Source: an uncultured Alphaproteobacteria bacterium (GTDB lineage Bacteria; Pseudomonadota; Alphaproteobacteria; CAAHEQ01; UBA3637). From it: a stretch of DNA of 64,000 nucleotides. Shown one piece after another: positions 1 to 9,376 of the stretch. Below the pieces are notes generated by a model. That model did not search any database and was not told the DNA's origin. It saw nothing but the letters and a program-made list of their open reading frames with translations. The stretch spans positions 7,084 through 71,083 of the forward strand of contig CAKQBW010000003.1 of NCBI GenBank assembly GCA_934216505.1. The letters run 5' to 3'. The first letter of the stretch is position 1. The number at the start of each line of letters is the position of its first letter. The translations under genes were made by a program, and so were the position numbers.

Positions 1-174
1 CGGACCTTGGTGGCGTCTGAACAAAAACTTGTCCTCATGGAAGGGGGAAATCTCCCTTCGTTCTTTCCTTTGTTGTTTGCGGGGCCCGCCCTTCTTTTTT
101 CTGGGGTGGCGATTTTTATGATTAAAAAAGCCTTGGCAATTAAAAAACAATCCGTGCCCTGTAAAAGGGGATAA
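1..174 (+). CDS. 3' end of a CDS entering from upstream; product unknown, hydrophobic C-terminal segment
   Basis: Frame 1 is open from the window edge to TAA at 172-174. It contains the TM-like stretch FFPLLFAGPALLFSGVAIFMI and is followed by a hairpin terminator. Confidence 0.3.
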   Translation, partial: RTLVASEQKLVLMEGGNLPSFFPLLFAGPALLFSGVAIFMIKKALAIKKQSVPCKRG

Positions 175-192
175 TCCGAAGGCAATAAAAAA

Positions 193-216
193 CCGCCCCG
201 ATGGTGGGGCGGTTTT
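193..216. terminator. Rho-independent terminator hairpin between convergent genes
   Basis: CCGCCCC (193-199) pairs with GGGGCGG (206-212) across a 6-nt loop. It is followed by TTTT and preceded by an A-run, so it could work in both directions. Confidence 0.7.
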
Positions 217-230
217 GGGATAGGGCCTTT

Positions 231-899
231 TTATCTATACTTATCCCAACAATTATTGGGAAGTTTTCCACAATCTGTTCCGTTTTTATTGCAATCTTTT
301 CCGCAGCTATCCCAATAATTTTCTGTATAAGAACAATTAATCCTATCAGAGCCATTAGGATAACAATAAATACGATAATTGGGATGCTTACACCCGTACA
401 TCCAACCTTCACGACCCTGTACCATGACCCAATTCCATTTTTGGCCCATTACATCATCGCATTCGGATTTCAAGCAATACCCATAGGAACAGTTAGAGCC
501 ATCGGATTGACACCCTAATCCACAAATTTGACGCCCATAACGGCAAGTATAAGTGTCGCCTGTTTTTACGCATTGGATTTTCTTTTCCGCCGCTTTGGGG
601 ACCGCGACTTTAGCGGCCGGTGCAGAAGCGTCTTGCCATTTCACCTCAGGTTGCGCCGCCTCAGCGGAACCCACGCCGCCCGAGACAGAAGCCTTTCCGG
701 CTGTTGTCGCTTTAGTGGCAGCGGCTTTTTTTACCGTCGTTGTTGCTTTCTTTTGACTCACAGACGCCTTTTGTTCCGTGGGCCACGCCACACTTTGACT
801 TTGTTTATAATAAGTGTCATCAATGGGTTGTTTGCCGTGATAATTCCCACAGGCCGCCAAACACAGGCAAGCCACACCGATTCCTAATACTTTCTTCAT
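231..899 (-). CDS. Lipoprotein with a Cys-rich C-terminal domain, function unknown
   Basis: Lipobox LAAC after a signal peptide (MKKVLGIGVACLCLAACG). An Ala/Thr/Lys-rich linker is followed by about 120 aa with many Cys, Trp, Tyr, Gly and Asn residues. Confidence 0.6.
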   Translation of the reverse strand: MKKVLGIGVACLCLAACGNYHGKQPIDDTYYKQSQSVAWPTEQKASVSQKKATTTVKKAAATKATTAGKASVSGGVGSAEAAQPEVKWQDASAPAAKVAVPKAAEKKIQCVKTGDTYTCRYGRQICGLGCQSDGSNCSYGYCLKSECDDVMGQKWNWVMVQGREGWMYGCKHPNYRIYCYPNGSDRINCSYTENYWDSCGKDCNKNGTDCGKLPNNCWDKYR

Positions 900-1375
900 T
901 ACATTTTCCCCCGAATACGTGTTGTTCCATCAATGGTGACCAAAACGACATTATCACCTGGCTTTAAGTTCAATTCATTTGTTTGAACAACGGAAATCAC
1001 ATTATTTGAACTTCCTTTTTGGACCAAGAATTCATAGGCTGTATCACTGGTGGCCGCTTGTTGTGCTGCCCCCCCAACGGCACCGCCCGCTAAAGCGCCC
1101 ACGACGCCGCCCGCTAAAGCCATTAAATCTGAGCCTTTACCGCCGCCCAAAGTGGAACCCGCTATACCGCCAGCAACACCGCCAACGCCAGCCCCCACCA
1201 AGGTACCGCCTGCGCTTTCGCCTTCAATCTCAATTTGCATCATAGAAATAATACGCCCTGTTTCGGTCCGCCCTTGACGCCCGATTTGAGAACGATTATA
1301 GGTGGTATTGGTATCCCCGATACCGCACCCCGTCAATAATCCCGCCAACAACAGCGGTACAAACAATTTTTTCAT
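899..1375 (-). CDS. Glycine-zipper outer-membrane lipoprotein (SlyB / Rickettsia 17-kDa surface-antigen-like)
   Basis: Lipobox LTGC. Long glycine-zipper stretch GGTLVGAGVGGVAGGIAGSTLGGGKG...LAGGVVGALAGGAVGGAA. Confidence 0.75.
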   Translation of the reverse strand: MKKLFVPLLLAGLLTGCGIGDTNTTYNRSQIGRQGRTETGRIISMMQIEIEGESAGGTLVGAGVGGVAGGIAGSTLGGGKGSDLMALAGGVVGALAGGAVGGAAQQAATSDTAYEFLVQKGSSNNVISVVQTNELNLKPGDNVVLVTIDGTTRIRGKM

Positions 1376-1448
1376 TTGCTTTTTCCTTTCAAATTTAATA
1401 GAATAAACGACATATCAATGAATGCCATAAAATTAAAAAAAGGTCAAG

Positions 1449-2042
1449 ATGAAAAAGTGGTGGAATCAACAAATACGCAGACTTTATGATTGGGCGATGC
1501 GAGTGGTCGCCAGTCCCAAAGCTATTATCACCCTGTGTTTGGTATCGTTTATGGAAAGTTCTTTTTTCCCGATTCCCCCTGATGTTTTATTGATTCCTTT
1601 GGTCCTGAAGCAACGGGAAAAGGCCTTTCGGATTGCCACCTATTGTATGATTGCTTCGGTGTTTGGGGGGGCATTTGGGTACGCTATCGGACATTTTGCC
1701 TATGGCACGATTGAACCCTTTTTATCCCAAGGATTTATTGAAAAAATGCATTGGTTTTCGGGGAAATATAATGAATATGGCTCGTGGATTGTATTTGGGG
1801 CAGGCATTACGCCTTTCCCCTATAAAATTATCACGATTGCCAGCGGGGTCACAGGATTAAACTTTGTCGTCTTTATGGTGGCCAGCCTGTTGGCCCGTGG
1901 CTTGCGCTTTTTCCTGATTGCCTTTTTATTGTGGAAATGGGGAAAGCCCATGCAAGAATTTATTGAAAAACACTTAGGCATACTCAGTATTTTGTTCTTC
2001 ATCCTTTTAATCGGCAGTTTCTATCTGATTAAATACTTATGA
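1449..2042 (+). CDS. YqaA/DedA-type (SNARE-associated) inner membrane protein
   Basis: Motif ESSFFPIPPDVLLIPL plus several TM segments; 197 aa. Confidence 0.65.
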   Translation: MKKWWNQQIRRLYDWAMRVVASPKAIITLCLVSFMESSFFPIPPDVLLIPLVLKQREKAFRIATYCMIASVFGGAFGYAIGHFAYGTIEPFLSQGFIEKMHWFSGKYNEYGSWIVFGAGITPFPYKIITIASGVTGLNFVVFMVASLLARGLRFFLIAFLLWKWGKPMQEFIEKHLGILSILFFILLIGSFYLIKYL

Positions 2043-2471
2043 TTTTTTTGAAGAAAGAATTTTTTTCTTTCCCGCTTTTTGTACAGGGATTTGATGGACA
2101 ATCGTTTGTACTTTGGGGCGCACCAACTCTATTGTCAAAAGCCCATTATCCAACTTGGCCGCCGCAATCTTCATGCCATCTGCCAAAATAAAGGATTTAA
2201 CAAAACTGCGCATGGCAATCCCCCGATGCAAAAAACGCCGGTTGGGATCGTTTTCTTGATGCCCCCGCACAACCAGTTGGTTGCCTTCATGGGTCACTTC
2301 TAAATCCGAATCGTCATAGCCCGCCACCGCCAAAGTAATTTGCAACTTGACATCGTCCAATAATTCCACATTGTAAGGCGGAAAAGAATCTGCCCCTTTA
2401 GCCACTTGAAAGAGCATTTCCTCCAAGCCTTCAAACCCTAACAAAAAAGGATTTTGAAAAGGCGACATCAT
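2037..2471 (-). CDS. Small heat-shock protein, Hsp20/alpha-crystallin family
   Basis: IbpA-like pattern PPYNVE...ITLAVAGY...L.V...GN.L.V.G...F.R.F.L...I..A...NGLL.I.L. The start overlaps the dnaA stop codon. Confidence 0.85.
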   Translation of the reverse strand: MMSPFQNPFLLGFEGLEEMLFQVAKGADSFPPYNVELLDDVKLQITLAVAGYDDSDLEVTHEGNQLVVRGHQENDPNRRFLHRGIAMRSFVKSFILADGMKIAAAKLDNGLLTIELVRPKVQTIVHQIPVQKAGKKKILSSKKS

Positions 2472-3856
2472 TTCAATCCCTTTAACCTTTCAATAATAAT
2501 TTCTTTGTCGGTCCGTAATTGTTTGTCCCGCAACAACAAATTATCAATCGTTTCCACCGCATGCTTGATGGTGGTATTTTCCCGTTCAAAAAACAACGCA
2601 ATATCCGGCATTGCCATCGGGGTCATTTGGCGCACCAAATACATCGCCATTTGACGGGGACGCACAATGGCCCTATCCCGCCGAGAAGACCGTAAATCTT
2701 TTAAAGTCAGACCGTAATAATCGGCCACCGCTTGTTGAATTTCAGGCGCCCGCACCTGACGGTCTGTCGTATGCAAAATATCCTTGAGGTTTTGGCGGGC
2801 ACTTTCCAAAGTAATTTCTGCCCCCAACAATTGCCGCCGAGCAATCAATCGCTTTAAAGCCCCCTCTAATTCCCGCACATTAGAAGTAATGTTTTTGGCC
2901 AAAAACGCCAACACATTTTCGTCCATTGTCGTTCCCATGCGGACCAACTTTTCCCGTAAAATCCCCAAACGCAAATCATAATCAGCGGGCTTTATTTCAA
3001 TCACGAGCCCCTGAGATAAACGGTTTTTCAACCCTTCACAAATCCCTTTTAATTCAGCGGGCACACAATGCGCCGACAAAATCACTTTCTTTCCACGGGC
3101 CGTTAAAGCATTAAAAATTTGGGAAAACTCTTCTTGCGTCCGCGTCTTACTGGCAATAAATTGAATGTCGTCCAACAACAAAACATCCGCATGACGAAAA
3201 ATTTCTTTGAATGGTTCTGTATTTTTGGATTGCATGCCCTGTACAAAATGTTGGAAAAACTGTTCAGCCGATAAATAAATCACATTCTTTTCAGGACACC
3301 GTTCTTTCATGCGCCATGCCATCGCATGCATCAAATGCGTCTTACCCAATCCTACATCGGCATAAAAATACAACGGATTAAAGGAGACATTTTCTTCGTT
3401 GGCAATTTGTTCAGCCGCCGCATACGCAAACCGATTCGCTTTTCCCACCACAAAAGTATCAAAGGTATGAGACTTATCCAAACACTCCATAAAGGTATCT
3501 TCCTTCACGACAGAAGGTGGATTTGGCCTGATATCAGGGACAGGCACATGCTTGGCCACTAATGGCTTTTGCACCGTCTCAGGAATTCCCCCCAGCGAAT
3601 TGGCTTTCTTTAATTGAAGTTGCACCACCGCATTGGGATTCTTCTTATGCCACAAAGAACGAATCGCTTCGGCATAACGTTGTTCAATCAATTCACAGAT
3701 ACAAGCACTTGGAGCCCACAGGTTCAATCCATTTTCAGGGGTCAGTTCAGGAATCACTCGTCCCAACCAACGCATCACTGATGTATCCTTCAGCTGTTCT
3801 TCCAACTGTTGGCACATTTCCATCCACTCTGATTGAAATGTGTTCAGATCTTGCAT
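2468..3856 (-). CDS. dnaA: Chromosomal replication initiator DnaA
   Basis: Walker A GLGKTHLMHA, LLLDDIQF, and the C-terminal DNA-binding region ...IVRPRQMAMYL.R.MT. I prefer the ATG at 3856, which has a GAAGGGG Shine-Dalgarno sequence, over the TTG at 3892 used in the ORF track. Confidence 0.95.
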   Translation of the reverse strand: MQDLNTFQSEWMEMCQQLEEQLKDTSVMRWLGRVIPELTPENGLNLWAPSACICELIEQRYAEAIRSLWHKKNPNAVVQLQLKKANSLGGIPETVQKPLVAKHVPVPDIRPNPPSVVKEDTFMECLDKSHTFDTFVVGKANRFAYAAAEQIANEENVSFNPLYFYADVGLGKTHLMHAMAWRMKERCPEKNVIYLSAEQFFQHFVQGMQSKNTEPFKEIFRHADVLLLDDIQFIASKTRTQEEFSQIFNALTARGKKVILSAHCVPAELKGICEGLKNRLSQGLVIEIKPADYDLRLGILREKLVRMGTTMDENVLAFLAKNITSNVRELEGALKRLIARRQLLGAEITLESARQNLKDILHTTDRQVRAPEIQQAVADYYGLTLKDLRSSRRDRAIVRPRQMAMYLVRQMTPMAMPDIALFFERENTTIKHAVETIDNLLLRDKQLRTDKEIIIERLKGLK

Positions 3857-4026
3857 TTTTTCCCCTTCTTTTCTTTTTAAAAATTGAACCAAAAATATCT
3901 GATGTAATCTTAAAAAATTTTGATTAAAATTTCAACCCATCTTTTAGGTAAAAAACAATTTATTTTTAAAAAACACAAAATGTAGATAGCATAACACTAT
4001 ATGTTGTGGTTTTTTAAAAATTTTTC

Positions 4027-4506
4027 TTATAACAAGTGATTTCCCATAAAAGCATGGCACAGGGCAATCGCCAACGCATCAGAGGCGTCAGGTGGTATGC
4101 CTTCTGGCACTGTTTTTAAAAGGGTGCGCACCATCATATCTACCTGTTTTTTTTCGGCATGTCCCACCCCAGTAATGGTTTTTTTAATTTGATTCGGGGT
4201 ATATTCCCCCACAGGAAGATGCAACAAGGCAGGTGTCATCAAAACAATCCCCCGTGCCTGCCCCAATTTTAAAGTAGAAGACGGATTTTTATTCACAAAA
4301 GTTTCTTCCACCGCACACGAATCGGGTTTCCATTGTTGAATCACTTGTTTTAACGAATCGTGCAACTCAGCCAATCGGTCGGCCAAAGGCAAGGTGGTAT
4401 CAGGGTTGATGACCCCCGCCGCCAAAAAATCAAAATGCGAGCCAATTTGTTCAATCAGGCCCCAGCCTGTATGTCGTAATCCAGGGTCTAATCCCAAAAT
4501 CCGCAT
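4027..4506 (-). CDS. ruvC: Holliday junction resolvase RuvC
   Basis: N-terminus MRILGLDPGLRHTGWGLIE, and later DASDALAIALCHA. Confidence 0.92.
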   Translation of the reverse strand: MRILGLDPGLRHTGWGLIEQIGSHFDFLAAGVINPDTTLPLADRLAELHDSLKQVIQQWKPDSCAVEETFVNKNPSSTLKLGQARGIVLMTPALLHLPVGEYTPNQIKKTITGVGHAEKKQVDMMVRTLLKTVPEGIPPDASDALAIALCHAFMGNHLL

Positions 4507-4524
4507 TCTTCCCCCAATTAAAAT

Positions 4525-5268
4525 TTATGCCAACTTGTCCAAGATATCCTCACTGATATCAGCGTTGGTAATCACCCGTTGCACATCATCATCTTCATTT
4601 AAATCTTCAATAAAAGCCATTAATTTTTGGGCGGTTTCCAAATCTGTAATAGCGGTTTCCACAGTTGGCTTCCAATCAAAACGAGCCACATTTGGGGTGC
4701 CAAACTTTTTTTCCAAAGCCTCACGCACCGTTGCCAATTCTTCAGGCTTACAGGTAATTTCATGGGCCGATTCTGTTGTCTGAACATCATCAGCACCCGC
4801 CTCTAATGCCGCCTCAAACATCGCATCTGCACTGGCCACATTCAAACCAAATTCAATATAGCCCACATGTTCAAAGTTAAATAAAACCGTATCCCCGAAC
4901 GATCCGCCTTTTTTCGTAAAAAGAGAACGCAAGTTCGGTGCTGTTCTGGCCCGATTATCTGTCAAAGCCTCCACAATCACAGCGACCCGACCGGGACCAT
5001 ACCCTTCATAACGGACTTCTTCATAATTGGTGGTATCTGTACCCTGTGATCCCTTTTGAATGGCCCGCGCAATGTTATCCTTGGGCATATTTTCACTGCG
5101 GGCACTTTGAATCGCCAAACGCAACCGAGGATTGCCGTCAGGGTCGGCCCCGCCTGTTTTGACCGCCACAGTAATTTCACGGGCTAACTTGGAAAAAATA
5201 CGGGCACGAGCTTTGTCTTGCGCCCCTTTGCGATTCATAATGTTTTTAAATTGTGAATGTCCTGACAT
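4525..5268 (-). CDS. yebC: YebC/PmpR family DNA-binding regulator
   Basis: MSGHSQFKNIMNRKGAQDKARARIFSKL...; conserved full length of 247 aa. Confidence 0.9.
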   Translation of the reverse strand: MSGHSQFKNIMNRKGAQDKARARIFSKLAREITVAVKTGGADPDGNPRLRLAIQSARSENMPKDNIARAIQKGSQGTDTTNYEEVRYEGYGPGRVAVIVEALTDNRARTAPNLRSLFTKKGGSFGDTVLFNFEHVGYIEFGLNVASADAMFEAALEAGADDVQTTESAHEITCKPEELATVREALEKKFGTPNVARFDWKPTVETAITDLETAQKLMAFIEDLNEDDDVQRVITNADISEDILDKLA

Positions 5269-5310
5269 ACTTAACTCCTTTTATTTGAGATTTTCAAAAT
5301 TATAGCATAG

Positions 5311-6117
5311 TTATAGATTTTTTTCAAGGGTATCCCCCAAAATTAAAGGACGAATCGCTGTGGCTTGTTTTTTTTCTGGATCAATCTCCACTAACACAGC
5401 GCATAAAGTTGCACTGTTCGTGGCTGGTTCCCACCGCATGCGTTCTGTCCCCAAACCAAAATGGGAAAAAGCCGTTTCCCGTGTCATACCAATTACTGAA
5501 GTATAATCGCCACACATCCCCACATCGGTAATATAGGCTGTTCCTTTGGGGAGAATATGGGCATCGTTTGTGGGAATATGGGTATGCGTCCCCGCCACCA
5601 AAATGGCTTGGCCTTCCATTAAATAGCCCATCGCCACTTTTTCCGCGGTGGTTTCTGCATGAAAATCAATCATCAATAAATCATATTCAGAAGCATGCGT
5701 TTGGATAAAATTTTGCATACATTGAAAAGGGTCAGATAACTCTAACTTTGTTCCCATATAGCCACGTCCCAACACCTGCACCACACACAACCTTTTTCCC
5801 AAAACAGGCAAGATATGATAGCCTTTTCCCGCAGTTTTATCGGGGTAATTTAACGGACGCACCAAGACATTGTCTTGCAACCAAATCTGCACAACATCAG
5901 GTTTATCAAAAGTATGATTGCCCATAGTAATCACATCTGCCCCTAAACGGCGTAATTCTTGATAAATCTTTGGGGTAAGGCCCAATCCATGTGCTGCATT
6001 TTCCCCATTCACAATCACCACATCAGGCGCATATTTTTTTTTGATTTCAGGCAAATAAGTGCGGATCGCCAAGCGCCCCATTTTGCCCATCACATCGCCA
6101 CAAAAAAGTAATTTCAT
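5311..6117 (-). CDS. YmdB-like metallophosphoesterase (TIGR00282 family)
   Basis: MKLLFCGDVMGK.GR, VIVNGENAAHG.G and GNHTFD motifs. Confidence 0.8.
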   Translation of the reverse strand: MKLLFCGDVMGKMGRLAIRTYLPEIKKKYAPDVVIVNGENAAHGLGLTPKIYQELRRLGADVITMGNHTFDKPDVVQIWLQDNVLVRPLNYPDKTAGKGYHILPVLGKRLCVVQVLGRGYMGTKLELSDPFQCMQNFIQTHASEYDLLMIDFHAETTAEKVAMGYLMEGQAILVAGTHTHIPTNDAHILPKGTAYITDVGMCGDYTSVIGMTRETAFSHFGLGTERMRWEPATNSATLCAVLVEIDPEKKQATAIRPLILGDTLEKNL

Positions 6118-6428
6118 TCTTGACCCTGTAAAGTATCCGCCAACACCCCGACTTTCAAGGCGATATTTTGAATACTTTGGGCAATTTGTTCCGAAGTTTT
6201 ATCCAAAATTTCAGCGTTCGTTTCTTTTTCCAAATGGTGTTTTTCCTCCGCCAACAGCAGGCACATCATCGCCAACATCTGACCTTCCTGCATAAAGCCA
6301 ATAGAACGGGTCAGACTTTCGGCCTTTTTATTTAATTCTTCCCCCAACTCCTTCATGTGGAGTTCTTGTCCGTCATTACAGGAAAACTTATAAAACCTTC
6401 CCCCAATGTTTAAGGAGACAACTGCCAT
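6114..6428 (-). CDS. zapA: Cell division protein ZapA
   Basis: 104 aa with V.L.IGGRFYKFSC.DG.E. The start overlaps the upstream stop, and the stop overlaps the next gene. Confidence 0.75.
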   Translation of the reverse strand: MAVVSLNIGGRFYKFSCNDGQELHMKELGEELNKKAESLTRSIGFMQEGQMLAMMCLLLAEEKHHLEKETNAEILDKTSEQIAQSIQNIALKVGVLADTLQGQE

Positions 6429-6616
6429 TATCCTTCTCCTTTCTTATAGGTATCCAACGCCTTATCCAATCGGTCGTAAGTCCGACGAAGGACCTGTTTC
6501 AATTCTGAAATTTTTTCCATAGATTGCGTATGTTCTTTTTTGCTGAGATGAACAACCGTTTCCAATTTTAAAACAGCCTGTTCCAATTGTGTAATTGCTG
6601 ATTTAATTTGTTCCAT
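6428..6616 (-). CDS. Small coiled-coil protein upstream of zapA (DUF4164/ZapB-like position)
   Basis: Heptad-like sequence. The ATG at 6616 has a GGAGA Shine-Dalgarno sequence; the ORF track extends to a GTG at 6640. Confidence 0.5.
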   Translation of the reverse strand: MEQIKSAITQLEQAVLKLETVVHLSKKEHTQSMEKISELKQVLRRTYDRLDKALDTYKKGEG

Positions 6617-6681
6617 CAAAAATTCTCCGTTTTCTTTCACAGCAGTATAACCGATTTTTTATAAAAGGTCTAGTCTTTTTT

Positions 6682-7275
6682 TCAAAGATCACGGCGAGAT
6701 TTTAACGCCATTTGCAAAGTCCCATCGTCCAAATAGTCCAATTCGCCCCCAATCGGCACCCCACGCGCCAAAGAAGTCATTTTTACCGAAAAATCCCCCA
6801 ACTTATCCGCCACATAATGGGCCGTTGTTTGTCCTTCAACCGTGGCAGGCAACGCCAAAATGATTTCTTCCACAGAGCCATCTTGGATTCTTTTTTCCAA
6901 AGCCGTGATATTTAAATCTTCGGGCCCAATCCCGTCTATGGCCGACAAAACGCCCCCCAACACATGGTACAGACCATGAAAAGAATTAGCCCTTTCTAAA
7001 GCCCATAAATCCGCTATATCCCGCACCACGCAAATTTGCTTTTTTTCCCGCTTGGGATTCGTACAAATACCGCATGGCACCTGTGTATCATAGTTGCCAC
7101 AAATTGGGCACGCATAGATATGGTCTTTGACATTTTGAAGCGACTCAATCAAGGGCCCCATTTTTAAATCAGGATTTTTCAACAACGACAAAACAGCCCG
7201 TCTGGCCGACCGCGGTCCCATTGTCGGCAAACGGGCAAATAACCCAATTAAATGTTCTATTTCATTAGACGGCAT
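6682..7275 (-). CDS. recR: Recombination protein RecR
   Basis: [11 protein letters not shown] helix-hairpin-helix, the C4 zinc finger CPICGNY...CGIC, and a Toprim region. Confidence 0.95.
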   Translation of the reverse strand: MPSNEIEHLIGLFARLPTMGPRSARRAVLSLLKNPDLKMGPLIESLQNVKDHIYACPICGNYDTQVPCGICTNPKREKKQICVVRDIADLWALERANSFHGLYHVLGGVLSAIDGIGPEDLNITALEKRIQDGSVEEIILALPATVEGQTTAHYVADKLGDFSVKMTSLARGVPIGGELDYLDDGTLQMALKSRRDL

Positions 7276-7281
7276 ATTTCA

Positions 7282-7599
7282 TCAGAAAGGCAATTTAAAC
7301 CCAGGAGGTAATCCCAAATTCTTTTGCATTTTTTCCATTTCAGTGGTTAAATAAGTTTCGGCTTTTGTACGGGCATCTGTGATAGCCACCGTCATCAAAT
7401 CTTCCAAAGTTTCTTTGTCGGCTAAGGCTTTTTCATCAATTTGCGTTTTTACCCCATAGCCCCGTCCCGTCAAAACCACTTTCACCAAGCCGTTTCCAGC
7501 CACGCCTTCAAATTCCAATTCTTCCATTTTGGATTGTAAGATTGTCATTTGAGATTGTACCTGATGCGCTTTTGCCATCAATTCACCAATGTTTTTCAT
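7282..7599 (-). CDS. ybaB: Nucleoid-associated protein YbaB/EbfC
   Basis: 105 aa, with the C-terminus GLPPGFKLPF. It occupies the conserved ybaB-recR pairing. Confidence 0.9.
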   Translation of the reverse strand: MKNIGELMAKAHQVQSQMTILQSKMEELEFEGVAGNGLVKVVLTGRGYGVKTQIDEKALADKETLEDLMTVAITDARTKAETYLTTEMEKMQKNLGLPPGFKLPF

Positions 7600-7667
7600 T
7601 TCAAGTCCTTTCTAAAAAAATTACATTTTGTAAGTTAGCGGATTTTTTAAAAAAAAGCAACGGCTTT

Positions 7668-8582
7668 TTAACCCAATAAATACTTTTCTGCCCCCAAAGC
7701 CGCTAAAGCCCCAGAAGCCGCCGCAATAATCGCTTGGCGATGGCCCTTTTCTTGCACATCACCACAGGCGAAAACCCCCGCAACAGAAGTTTCCATGGTG
7801 CGCTTATCTGTAATAATAAAGCCTGCCTCATCCCTCTCTACTTGTCCATGAAAAATAGTGGCATTTGGGGTTTGTCCAATGGCTTCAAAAACACCATCTA
7901 CCAACACTTCACGCTCTTGATTTTCTGTTTTCAACACAACGGATGACAACCTATTTTTTCCTTTAAAGCACACTGCTTGCGTATTCCATAAAATTTCAAT
8001 TTTGGGATTGTTTTTAATTTGTTCGGCCAACTTATATTCTGCCCGCAGGGTATCCCGCCGATGTACTAAATAAACTTTCTTGGCAATATGACTTAAATAC
8101 AACGCTTCATACGCCGCCGTGTTGCCTCCCCCAATTACCATAACGGTTTTATCCTTATAAAAAAAGCCATCACAGACAGCGCAAATGGAAATGCCGTGTC
8201 CTTTAAAAGTGGCTTCCCCAGGCAGATTCAACCACTTTGGGGACGCCCCTGTGGCCACAATCAATGAATCACATTGATATTCTTCATCGGCATCAGATTT
8301 CACCACGAAAGGGTGTTTTTTGACCGAAACACTCACCGCATTTTGAGAAATCAATTCCACCCCAGATTGAACCGCTTGTTGGGTCAGATTTTCCACCAAC
8401 TCTGTCCCCGAAATTTTCAAAAACCCAGGGAAGTTTTCAATTTGATGTGTCAAAAGGAGTTGCCCCCCTTGTGCTGACCCCGTCAGTACCACAGCCTTCA
8501 ACCCCGCTCGGGTGGCGTAAATCCCCGCCATTAACCCCGCAGGACCTGCCCCTAAAATCAATACCTGAGTCTTCATCATCAC
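7668..8582 (-). CDS. trxB: Thioredoxin-disulfide reductase
   Basis: GAGPAG FAD motif, the redox-active CAVCDG, and GGGNTA. Confidence 0.92.
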   Translation of the reverse strand: MMMKTQVLILGAGPAGLMAGIYATRAGLKAVVLTGSAQGGQLLLTHQIENFPGFLKISGTELVENLTQQAVQSGVELISQNAVSVSVKKHPFVVKSDADEEYQCDSLIVATGASPKWLNLPGEATFKGHGISICAVCDGFFYKDKTVMVIGGGNTAAYEALYLSHIAKKVYLVHRRDTLRAEYKLAEQIKNNPKIEILWNTQAVCFKGKNRLSSVVLKTENQEREVLVDGVFEAIGQTPNATIFHGQVERDEAGFIITDKRTMETSVAGVFACGDVQEKGHRQAIIAAASGALAALGAEKYLLG

Positions 8583-8599
8583 GCCCCTTATTTAAAAAA

Positions 8600-9076
8600 T
8601 CAGATGAACTCCACATTTAAAATTTCATAAGACTTGACGCTTTTAGGCGTCGTGACATCAATCAAATCACCTTTGTTTTTTCCAATCAAGGCCTTGGCCA
8701 AAGGAGAAATAAAGGAAATTAATCCTTTTTCTAAATTCGCCTCATGCTGACCCACAATTTGATAAGATTGTTTGGTGTCCGTATCTAAATCTTGCACCTG
8801 AACCGTTGCCCCAAATAAAACCGTATCCCCCGATAATGTTTGTGGGTCAATTACTTGCGCATGGGAAATAGCGGCCTCCAAATCTTGGATACGCCCTTCA
8901 ATGAAACTTTGTTTTTCACGGGCGGTTTGATATTCGGCATTTTCGGACAAATCCCCATGGGCACGAGCTTCTTCAATCGCCGCCACAATTTCGGGACGTT
9001 CCACAAACTTTAAATGTTTTAATTCTTCATTTATTTTGTCAAATCCGACCTTGGTCATTGGAATCTTATCTGCCAT
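8600..9076 (-). CDS. greA: Transcription elongation factor GreA
   Basis: [18 protein letters not shown]...RPEI...[13 protein letters not shown]. The ATG at 9076 is preceded by an AAGGAGG Shine-Dalgarno sequence. Confidence 0.92.
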   Translation of the reverse strand: MADKIPMTKVGFDKINEELKHLKFVERPEIVAAIEEARAHGDLSENAEYQTAREKQSFIEGRIQDLEAAISHAQVIDPQTLSGDTVLFGATVQVQDLDTDTKQSYQIVGQHEANLEKGLISFISPLAKALIGKNKGDLIDVTTPKSVKSYEILNVEFI

Positions 9077-9376
9077 TATAAACCTCCTTAAAAAATTGAA
9101 AAAGAAATACCCCAGTCTTTTCCTGCTGTGGCATGATTTTCTATATAGCACAAAAAAAAGAAAAAATCAAGTTTTAATCTACTTCCCCTTTAATGAGGGA
9201 AAAATAACTCTTTTTCTTTCGGATTCAGAAGATTACCATAAAACGAGCCAATCCACAGCAAGAACTTTTGTCTTCATCATACGGGTTAAAATGACCTCTC
9301 TACCTTGCGTACCTAACTTTTTATTGTACAGGCCCACAAACTCACGATAAAGCGAAATTTGTATTATATAAGCAAA

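Noticed and set aside
9181-9215. Hairpin TTCCC(C)...(G)GGGAA in the greA upstream gap, as a possible terminator for the 599-aa membrane-protein gene
   Set aside because: The stem is short and no T-run follows on the relevant (minus) strand. The evidence is not strong enough to annotate.
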